Shown here: in pieces, positions 46,784 through 54,472 of the stretch
How positions within the stretch are numbered: position 1 is the stretch's first letter
Layout of the letters: each line of letters begins with the position of its first letter
NCBI GenBank assembly: GCA_965208325.1
Contig: OZ242326.1
Span: 4,368,153 to 4,432,152 of the forward strand
Reading direction: 5' to 3'
Origin: Candidatus Poribacteria bacterium
Lineage (GTDB): Bacteria; Poribacteria; WGA-4E; PCPOR2b
Length of the DNA: 64,000 nt
Notes under the pieces: generated by a model
Database searches by the model: none
Told to the model about the DNA's origin: nothing
The model's input: the letters and a program-made list of their open reading frames with translations, nothing else
Translations under genes and position numbers: made by a program

Positions 46784-48718
46784 ATGTTTGACCGGTTGAA
46801 GAACAAATTTAAATTCAACATTGAGCACTTCCTCTTACGCGGTGCGTATGCCAGATTGCTATTCATAGCATCGTTAATTGGCTTGGTTGCCAGCGCCGGG
46901 GGATTGCTTGTGCAGGTTACCGACGGTTCTTTTGTAGAAAAAAAATCCGCTATCTGGTGGGCGTTTTTGCGGTTGACCGATCCGGGGTATTTGGGAGATG
47001 ACGAGGGTTTGCCGCGCCGCGTGATATCCACGGTGTTAACAGTGCTTGGATACGTCCTTTTCATGGGTTCGTTAATTGCAATTTTGACCCAGTGGCTGAA
47101 TCAGAAAATTCGTGATTTTGAACGCGGTTTAACCCCGATTGTGCGGCGAAATCACATTTTAATTCTGGGCTGGACGAATCGTACACCGGCGGTTGTAGAG
47201 GAATTGATGCGTTCCGGGGAACGTGTGCATAGATTTTTGAAACTGCGGGGCGCGCGCGGATTACACGTCGTCATTTTGTCCGAGGAGGTAAGTCTGGAGC
47301 GCACTATTGAATTACGCAACATCCTTGGACCTTTGTGGGACGCTCGAAGGATTACCTTTCGGTCAGGCACTGCGCTCAGGATGGAGCATTTAGAACGAGT
47401 AGACTACCAAAACGCGAGTGCCATCATTCTTCCCGGCGCCGATTTTGCCTATGGCGGTGCGAACGAATCCGATATGCGCATCGTCAAAACGCTGTTAACA
47501 ATAGCGAATCAGTTTCATAGCGACAGCGATAAAACGTTGCCGTTATTGGTAACAGAACTGTTTGATTTTAACAAGACTGCCATGTTGCAGAAATCGTATC
47601 AAGGCATTTTAGAGATTTTGGCAACCGATGTGTTTATTACGAGATGTATGGCGCAAACCGTCCGCCACCCCGGACTTTCGCTTCTTATCCAGCAAATTTT
47701 GACACACAGGCGCGGTAATTCAATTCATATTCGCACAATTAAATCTGTTACGGGAAATTGTTGCGGCGATTTGGCGGGCGCTTGCCCAAGAGCAATTCTG
47801 CTCGGCGTGGTGCGTTTTGAAGAAGATAAATTTCGACCTTTGCTGAGTCCGCCAAAGGGTCTAGTTGTACAGCCGGACGACCGCTTGGTTTTTTTGGCTA
47901 GAAGGTACGAAGATTGCATAATTCACGAGAGTTTTTACTCGAAACCTCCCCCCTCACCTTCTCAGATAAAAACACAACCGGTGAATCGTGAGATGGCGAC
48001 TGGCGCGCGGCGTATCTTGATATTGGGCTGGAATTACAAAGTCGCGGCACTAATTAAGGAGTTGGACGACTATCTTCATGAGAATTTTGAAGTGTCGACC
48101 CTATCGATTAAACCGATACCGGATCGGGAAGCTGAATTGAAGCAGAGAGGCATTGACCAACAACGCATGAAGGTGAGCCATTTCGAAGGTGATTACACGC
48201 TCTTATCTGATTTGGAAGCTATCGAACCGGACACCTACGACAATGTGATAGTTTTTGGCGGCGACTGGTTAGAGACTCAGGAAGAGTCAGATGCCCGGAC
48301 AATCGTGGGGCATATGGTACTGAAAAACATCATCGAAAAATCGACCAAAAAACCAACGATACTGGTGGATTTAATGGATGCGGACAACGCCAGACTGTTC
48401 CAGGACATTAACACCGAAGTATTGGTTACGCCGATGATGGCGAGCCATGTATTGGCGCAAGTTTCATTGAGACGAGAACTGAATTCGGTGTATACGGAAC
48501 TGTTTGGCGTTAGCGGGGCTGAGATTTTTTTTCGTTGTGTTTCGGATTATGGCATAGTGGACGAGGAGATGACTTTCGCGACACTTATGGGAATTATGAC
48601 CGACGACCGTGAAACCGCGTTGGGCGTACGTCTAATGCGCGGCGACGTTAAATTGAATCCGGAAAAAAACACAGTTTTCAAAATGGCGGAGCTGGATAGT
48701 CTCATTGTTTTGGGTTAG
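46784..48718 (+). CDS. CASTOR/POLLUX/DMI1-like ion channel with two RCK (TrkA-N-like) domains
   Basis: N-terminal TM pair with a pore-like segment (WWAFLRLTDPGYLGDDEG), then NHILILGWTNRTPAVVEEL and a second RILILGWNYKVAALIKEL Rossmann-type segment. Start set to the ATG at 46784. Confidence 0.65.
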   Translation: MFDRLKNKFKFNIEHFLLRGAYARLLFIASLIGLVASAGGLLVQVTDGSFVEKKSAIWWAFLRLTDPGYLGDDEGLPRRVISTVLTVLGYVLFMGSLIAILTQWLNQKIRDFERGLTPIVRRNHILILGWTNRTPAVVEELMRSGERVHRFLKLRGARGLHVVILSEEVSLERTIELRNILGPLWDARRITFRSGTALRMEHLERVDYQNASAIILPGADFAYGGANESDMRIVKTLLTIANQFHSDSDKTLPLLVTELFDFNKTAMLQKSYQGILEILATDVFITRCMAQTVRHPGLSLLIQQILTHRRGNSIHIRTIKSVTGNCCGDLAGACPRAILLGVVRFEEDKFRPLLSPPKGLVVQPDDRLVFLARRYEDCIIHESFYSKPPPSPSQIKTQPVNREMATGARRILILGWNYKVAALIKELDDYLHENFEVSTLSIKPIPDREAELKQRGIDQQRMKVSHFEGDYTLLSDLEAIEPDTYDNVIVFGGDWLETQEESDARTIVGHMVLKNIIEKSTKKPTILVDLMDADNARLFQDINTEVLVTPMMASHVLAQVSLRRELNSVYTELFGVSGAEIFFRCVSDYGIVDEEMTFATLMGIMTDDRETALGVRLMRGDVKLNPEKNTVFKMAELDSLIVLG

Positions 48719-48732
48719 GGAGAACGTGACCG

Positions 48733-49614
48733 ATGAGTTGGGAAGAGATACGCAATATATTGGGCAAAAAGCTTGGTGAAATAGGACAGGTTACAATTAC
48801 GCCGGCCAGTCTAGCGACAGTCGTATTGATTATTGTGGCGACGTACTGGATTTCAAGGCTGTTGCAGCGTTTGCTGCGCCGCGACGTGTTTGCGCGAATT
48901 GGATTGAGGGAGGGCACGCAGGCCACCATCTGCCGCGTATTGCACTATGCGATAATGTGCATAGGCACCTTTATCGCATTGAATCAAGCGGGGATCAATC
49001 TGACGGGTCTGGCAGCCATTACCGCGGTGTTAATGGTAGGTATCAGTCTCGGTTTACAAAACGTAACGAGCAATTTTATCAGCGGGCTAATTCTGTTGAT
49101 TGAGCGGCCGGTGCAGGTGGGAGATTTTGTCGAGGTTGCCGGCGTCCAAGGAAAGGTGCGTACGATTAGAGGGCGCAGCACCACCGTGGACACGTTGGAC
49201 AATGTGTCGATTATTGTGCCGAATACTAACTTTATATCAGAGAACGTCACCAACTGGAGTTTTCGAGACACGAAAGTCCGCGTCCACGTGTCTGTCGGCG
49301 TGTCTTACGGGTCTGATGTGGACTTGGTCGCCGAAACATTGTTGGAAGCTGGACGAGCGCATCCTGAAGTGTTGGCGCATCCAGAACCAAGAATTCAGTT
49401 TTTGGAATTTGGGGATAGCTCGTTAAATTTTGATTTGTTGGTGTGGCTAAGGGATGCGTCGCGCCAGTATTTTGTGAGAAGCGATTTAAATTTTGCAATC
49501 GTGAAGGCGTTTCGCGAACGAGACATTACGATTCCGTTCCCGCAGCGAGATTTGCACCTCCGGAGCGCCGTGCCGATGAACGTTGGCAAAGACGTGGACA
49601 TGGATGAATCGTGA
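48733..49614 (+). CDS. Small-conductance mechanosensitive channel (MscS family)
   Basis: LQNVTSNFISGLILLIERPVQVGDFVEVAGVQGKVRTIRGRSTTVDTLDNVSIIVPNTNF is the canonical MscS TM3 / beta-domain signature. Confidence 0.88.
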   Translation: MSWEEIRNILGKKLGEIGQVTITPASLATVVLIIVATYWISRLLQRLLRRDVFARIGLREGTQATICRVLHYAIMCIGTFIALNQAGINLTGLAAITAVLMVGISLGLQNVTSNFISGLILLIERPVQVGDFVEVAGVQGKVRTIRGRSTTVDTLDNVSIIVPNTNFISENVTNWSFRDTKVRVHVSVGVSYGSDVDLVAETLLEAGRAHPEVLAHPEPRIQFLEFGDSSLNFDLLVWLRDASRQYFVRSDLNFAIVKAFRERDITIPFPQRDLHLRSAVPMNVGKDVDMDES

Positions 49615-50797
49615 GCGCCGCCTGGCAACGCAAGTTGGTTTGGACATTCTGTTCAAGGAGCGCATTTCTCTGATTGCGGGCCGGCGGGTCGGGTTAATCA
49701 CCAACCAAACCGGAATTGATAAAAAGTTTCAGAGCAGTGCGACGTTGTTCGCCGGACACCCGGAAGTTCGGCTTTCGGCACTGTTTAGCCCGGAGCACGG
49801 GCTTCGGGGAGGCGTTCAGCACGGAGTCCGGATTCCGTCCAAGATTAACACACCGTTTCAGATTCCAGTCTACAGCCTGTACGGGGAGACGTGCGCGCCG
49901 ACACCGGAGATGCTTGCGGGCATTGATGTTTTGGTGTTCGATATCCAAGATGTTGGTTCGCGGTTTTTCACGTATATTTCGACGCTGCGAAATGCGATGC
50001 AGGCGGCTATGTCGAACGACGTGGACTTCATGGTGCTTGACCGGCCGAATCCGATCCGCGGGGATTGCGTTGAGGGCAACCTGCTTCAACCGGCTCTCCA
50101 ATCGTTCGTTGGGCCAGCCGGTGTGCCGATTCGCCACGGCATGACGGTTGGTGAACTTGCGCGGCTTTTCCGGGCAGAACTCGAATTGAAAGCGCAACCG
50201 CAGCAGTGCAGCGCGCAGTTGGAAGTGGTGCCGATGCAGGGTTGGCGCCGCGCTATGTGGTACGATGAGACGGATTTGCCTTGGGTGCCGCCGTCGCCGA
50301 ATATGCCTACCGCCGAAACTGCGGCCTTGTATCCCGGCACCTGCTTAATCGAAGGCACAAACCTATCAGAGGGGCGCGGCACAACCAGGCCGTTTGAGTG
50401 GATTGGCGCGCCGTGGATCGAATCTGACCGGTGGGCAGAGTCGCTCAATAGTTTAGATTTGACGGGCGCTCACTTCCGCCCGATTGATTTCACCCCTCCT
50501 TTTTCCAAATTCGCGGGGCAGCAGTGCCGCGGCGTGCAGGTGCATGTAACGAATCGAGACGAATTGAGACCGGTTGAGGTTGGCATTCATCTCATCGCGA
50601 CGGCGCGCCGCGGCTATCCGGACAGGTTTGCGTTTGTCCAAAACGAGGGCCGTTACTTCATTGACCTATTAGCTGGCACCGATGAACTACGGTTGCGGCT
50701 CATGGATGGCGAACCGCCCGGCGAGATAATTCGCGCTTGGGAGAAAGATGCGGCGGCGTTCAGACAGCGGCGCCAACCGTATCTGCTCTACAACTGA
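49604..50797 (+). CDS. DUF1343 family protein (NamZ-like exo-beta-N-acetylmuramidase)
   Basis: GLDILFKERISLIAGRRVGLITNQTGID...FSPEHG is a typical DUF1343 N-terminus. Start set to the ATG at 49604, overlapping the MscS 3' end by 11 nt. Confidence 0.78.
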   Translation: MNRERRLATQVGLDILFKERISLIAGRRVGLITNQTGIDKKFQSSATLFAGHPEVRLSALFSPEHGLRGGVQHGVRIPSKINTPFQIPVYSLYGETCAPTPEMLAGIDVLVFDIQDVGSRFFTYISTLRNAMQAAMSNDVDFMVLDRPNPIRGDCVEGNLLQPALQSFVGPAGVPIRHGMTVGELARLFRAELELKAQPQQCSAQLEVVPMQGWRRAMWYDETDLPWVPPSPNMPTAETAALYPGTCLIEGTNLSEGRGTTRPFEWIGAPWIESDRWAESLNSLDLTGAHFRPIDFTPPFSKFAGQQCRGVQVHVTNRDELRPVEVGIHLIATARRGYPDRFAFVQNEGRYFIDLLAGTDELRLRLMDGEPPGEIIRAWEKDAAAFRQRRQPYLLYN

Positions 50798-50853
50798 GAT
50801 GCGGAAATGGTTCGATTCGAAATATTGAAGCAGACAGACGGAATTTTTCTGCA

Positions 50854-52041
50854 GTGAAATCTCTCTACCACCTTTCCCAGAAAAGGACGAAAAAGGTTAT
50901 TGGCTTGATGTCGGGCACGTCTGCCGACGGGGTTGATGCGGCGCTTGTCGAAATCCGGGGCGACGGCTTAGCCACACAGGTCGAACTCCTCGCGTTTCAA
51001 GCTCTGCCCTATGAGGAGAACGTCCGAAGCCGCATCTTTAATCTTTTTCAGCCGGAAACTAGCGGCGTCGACGAAATCTGCCAGATGAATTTCCTTATCG
51101 GGGAGATATTTGCGGACGCGGCGCACTCGGTAGTTCGGCACGCCGCACTCAATATAGACGAAATTGACTTAATCGGTACACACGGACAGACGGTCTATCA
51201 CCTGCCGCCCGATAAGAACGCAGCATACGTCCCATCGACGTTGCAACTCGGTGAGCCGGCTGTGATTGCGCATCGCACAGGCGTGCCGACGGTTGCAGAT
51301 TTTAGAGTCGCGGACCTCGCAGCGGGCGGGCAGGGCGCTCCGCTTGTACCTTACGTCGATTTTCTGCTCTTTCGGCGAAGTGATAAGACGATTGCACTTC
51401 AAAACATCGGCGGCATCTCCAATGTGACCCTAATCCCTGCAGGCGCAAGATCAGCGGAAGTCTTGGCATCCGATACCGGACCCGGGAACATGATTATTGA
51501 CGCGGTCATGGAGATAACGACGGACGGCAAAGAGAAGTACGATCGCGGCGGGCAGCATGCGGCAGGCGGAGAGCCGTGCGAGGAGTTGGTAGCGGAATGG
51601 TTGGATCACCCGTTCATCCGGGCAGCGCCGCCGAAAACGACCGGGCGTGAGGTGTTTGGCGTGGAGTTCGCCCGCCGGGCAATCGAGGCGTCGCGCAAGA
51701 GGAAATTGTCAAGTACGGACACAGTTGCGACGGTGACTGAGTTTACGGCGCGGACAATTTTCGACTACTACAACCGCTTTCTGACCCCGCATCATCCGGT
51801 TGATGAAATTGCAGTCAGCGGCGGAGGAGTGCATAATGCGACGCTTATACAACGATTAAATACGCTATTCCATCCGATTGATGTTAAATCGGTGGATGCG
51901 TACGGATTCTCAAGCGACGCAAAAGAGGCGATTGCGTTTGCGGTGCTTGCCAACGAAGCGGTGCATGGGAATTTCGGGAATTTACCGCGAGTCACGGGCG
52001 CTTCGCAGCCAAAAATCCTAGGGAAGTTTGTGCCTGCATAA
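50854..52041 (+). CDS. anmK: Anhydro-N-acetylmuramic acid kinase
   Basis: VIGLMSGTSADGVDAALVEI is the AnmK N-terminal signature. Later motifs are QNIGGISN and TGPGN. The start is probably the GTG at 50854. The ORF-track start at 50737 overlaps the previous gene. Confidence 0.85.
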   Translation: MKSLYHLSQKRTKKVIGLMSGTSADGVDAALVEIRGDGLATQVELLAFQALPYEENVRSRIFNLFQPETSGVDEICQMNFLIGEIFADAAHSVVRHAALNIDEIDLIGTHGQTVYHLPPDKNAAYVPSTLQLGEPAVIAHRTGVPTVADFRVADLAAGGQGAPLVPYVDFLLFRRSDKTIALQNIGGISNVTLIPAGARSAEVLASDTGPGNMIIDAVMEITTDGKEKYDRGGQHAAGGEPCEELVAEWLDHPFIRAAPPKTTGREVFGVEFARRAIEASRKRKLSSTDTVATVTEFTARTIFDYYNRFLTPHHPVDEIAVSGGGVHNATLIQRLNTLFHPIDVKSVDAYGFSSDAKEAIAFAVLANEAVHGNFGNLPRVTGASQPKILGKFVPA

Positions 52042-52069
52042 AAACGAAATTTTTGGTTGGAGGCAGTTT

Positions 52070-52182
52070 AAAAGCGTTGGGTTTGCTGTGCCGGGCAGAT
52101 TTCGAAACATAATATAGCCTTAGGACGCATTATGATAAATCACGCATGTTGCACGAACCCGCTTAACCCAACCTACAAGAAC
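52070..52182 (+). repeat. Solo copy of the half-unit of the 37-39 kb repeat family
   Basis: It begins AAAGCGTTGGGTTTGC and ends CGCTTAACCCAACCTACAAGAAC, with about 85 nt of unrelated sequence between. These are the same end motifs and spacing as in each array unit. Confidence 0.7.
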
Positions 52183-52260
52183 AATCCAAACAGGCAAAAC
52201 AACTATGCGAATTGGAGGAACGCGGAAAGCCGACCATTTCATGGGTGTTGTGTTTCATCA

Positions 52261-52635
52261 TTAGGATGCTCTGAGCGGAATAACCGGCAGCCCGAATCGA
52301 TTTGCGTCGTCCGTGCCCCGCATGAATCCCAGGAACACAACCAGGAAGAAAATGCCGTAGACTGGAATAAGCACCATTAGACACCACCACCCCGATTTGT
52401 CATGGTCGTGGCATCGCTTGACCGACACAGCAATCATGGACCACAACATCAAGACGCACGCAATAAACGCAATTATTCCAAAAGGCAGAACGGAATCAAT
52501 AAATTGCACGATAAGTGAAACTAGAATTATCGCAATCCATCCCCACCAGAAATGACCTCTGCCAATTCGTCCGTCGAGGCAAAAGAACAGGTGTGCGAAT
52601 GTGTCCGGTGTGTCGTAACTCGAATCGTGTTGCAT
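52261..52635 (-). CDS. DUF805 family inner-membrane protein
   Basis: GRIGRGHFWWGWIAIILV ... VKRCHDHDKSGWWCLMVLIPVYGIFFLVVFLGFMRGTDDANRFG is the typical DUF805 (YhaH/YhaI-like) pattern. Start set to the ATG at 52635. Confidence 0.75.
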   Translation of the reverse strand: MQHDSSYDTPDTFAHLFFCLDGRIGRGHFWWGWIAIILVSLIVQFIDSVLPFGIIAFIACVLMLWSMIAVSVKRCHDHDKSGWWCLMVLIPVYGIFFLVVFLGFMRGTDDANRFGLPVIPLRAS

Positions 52636-52726
52636 CGTCAAATTGCTAATTTCGTTTAGGTGCGAACATTAACCTGAGTAATTTGTGTTCGATTGAAGGC
52701 ATTCGCGTCCTAGAGCAAGGCGGCAT

Positions 52727-53539
52727 TTACCTTGGCGGCGAGTTTTTTATTCTCCCCCACTTCGTGGTCAAATGCGTATCAGGATTAACATTTCGCGGGC
52801 CTATGTCCGGGATCTGCGGGCCCGTAATGGCAATGTCGTCAAGATGAACGGCCAGGCGACTCTGCGACCAAAACCTCACCGTGCCCGGACCGGCCTTTAC
52901 ATCGCTATATTCCGCTACGAGTTGGCCATCGAAATAAAACTCAAATAAGTCATCGTTAGCCACGATTTTGATTGGGATCCACCGATCCCACATCGGTTTT
53001 CCGGCACCTTCAAGCCGCAATTCTGCACGTGGAATACGACCCACCTGCTGTGGGAATCCGACCGCGGGTTCAATCGGCTGGTAAGTCGAGACACTTAACT
53101 TCTGCAGTAGGTCGTTATGGATCCACATTTGTTGCAGGTTATTCAGGTGAATAAATTGGTGAGGGGCTTTTTCAACCTTGCGTCCCTCGCTGTATCGAAC
53201 TTCAATTACGAAAGTTGAGGGCGGTTCCAAATTGGCGTGTGATTTAAATCTGATTCGGCAGGCCAGCGTATAAGAATCCCATTTTTCCGGATTGCCAGTT
53301 TTTAATTCCAAGGATACCAAACTCGGTGTTCCCCTGTGAATTGCGTTTACAGCCAAACTTCCATCTTCAATATTCAAAAAGTCCTTAACCCGCAACTGCG
53401 GATGCGGGTTTGGAATTATCTGAAATTCCCATCGGTTCAGGTTTCCATCGCTGAAATCTTCTCGAAAAACGCCGGCGTGTGCCGCTATGACCGGCAATAT
53501 TACCATTAACAATACTATCAGTGCCCGCATCATTTTCAT
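52727..53539 (-). CDS. Secreted concanavalin-A-like jelly-roll protein (DUF1080/LamG-like)
   Basis: Signal peptide MKMMRALIVLLMVILPVIAAHA, then FREDFSDGNLNRWEF ... VRFWSQSRLAVHLDDIAITG. GGGAGG lies 8 nt upstream. It ends with the same TKWGRIK tag as the LamG paralogs. Confidence 0.55.
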   Translation of the reverse strand: MKMMRALIVLLMVILPVIAAHAGVFREDFSDGNLNRWEFQIIPNPHPQLRVKDFLNIEDGSLAVNAIHRGTPSLVSLELKTGNPEKWDSYTLACRIRFKSHANLEPPSTFVIEVRYSEGRKVEKAPHQFIHLNNLQQMWIHNDLLQKLSVSTYQPIEPAVGFPQQVGRIPRAELRLEGAGKPMWDRWIPIKIVANDDLFEFYFDGQLVAEYSDVKAGPGTVRFWSQSRLAVHLDDIAITGPQIPDIGPRNVNPDTHLTTKWGRIKNSPPR

Positions 53540-54043
53540 TGGAATTCCTCCCTATTAGGTGCGTTACCGCGCACCGGCTTCGTGAGTGTCGTCGAACTCC
53601 GCATGTCACGTGCAGTTTTTTTACTTATTGTCAAATGGCTTCTCAATAGTCAACGGCGTTTCTAACTCGCTGTAAACCAAAGCCACCATCAACGTTAGGT
53701 ATTTCATGCCGCACGACGTACTATTGTACGAGATTTTGACGCCATCGTCAATTGCGTTAACCGCAACGCCGACAACCCTCTGGGGATGTAGGATGACGAG
53801 CGTTGACTGAATGTGACACGCAGGAAAAAACTTCATCTTCGAGCGGGGGGCAATTCCCAGTTGCCATGGGGTTATGGAATTATTGTGGAAAGATGCCTAA
53901 TCTTGCATGTTTGCCGATGCCGCTTAACCGAACCGACAAGAACCATTTGTTAGCTTAATCGCATGATTTTGGTTTGATGACAGCGTTTAATATTTGTGCG
54001 GGAGTAAAAAAATCTAACTCTTTTTGGTGGTGTAGAGGTTTCA

Positions 54044-54156
54044 AAAGCGTTGGGTTTCGCTCCGTCCATTTTGCTAAGCAGCGATGATTGATGATTGAGT
54101 TGATTGTTGAGATGATACGTTTTTGGAAAATCCTGCTCTACCCAACCTACAAGAAC
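54044..54156 (+). repeat. Solo copy of the half-unit of the 37-39 kb repeat family
   Basis: AAAGCGTTGGGTTTCGC ... about 80 nt ... ATCCTGCTCTACCCAACCTACAAGAAC. A further degenerate end motif, TTAACCGAACCGACAAGAAC, lies at 53924..53943. Confidence 0.7.
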
Positions 54157-54185
54157 TGCCCGAGTTCGCGGTGAGATTCGGGCAG

Positions 54186-54214
54186 TTGACAGTCGAATTG
54201 GGATGTGATAATCT
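54186..54214 (+). promoter_or_regulatory. Candidate sigma70-type promoter upstream of the CotH-ankyrin gene
   Basis: TTGACA (54186..54191), a 17-nt spacer, then TAATCT. Alternatively TGTGATAAT as an extended -10. It lies about 260 nt upstream of the ATG at 54473. Pattern match only. Confidence 0.25.
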
Positions 54215-54472
54215 AACAGAAAATCACACTAGCCGACTTAGCAGCTTCCTTTTCCAAGTGCGATCCAAAACACATCCCCAAAATTGAAAGCGTTATATTC
54301 ACATGAACCTAGATGATGTCCCCAAAAGTTGATGTACCGTTATCAATGTTATAATCGAAAGGCGTTCACCTCATTCGTTCCTTCCCCCGGAGGACGGCGC
54401 GAATCGTGTTAGGGTAAAAACGCATTTAGTAGATAAACCTTGACAATCACATTCAAATTGATAGGACGAAAG

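Noticed and set aside
53621-53836. A 71-aa minus-strand ORF in the 900-bp intergenic region upstream of 52727..53539.
   Set aside because: It has no Shine-Dalgarno sequence, no recognisable family and an odd composition. The region is otherwise filled with repeat-family fragments. I left it unannotated.
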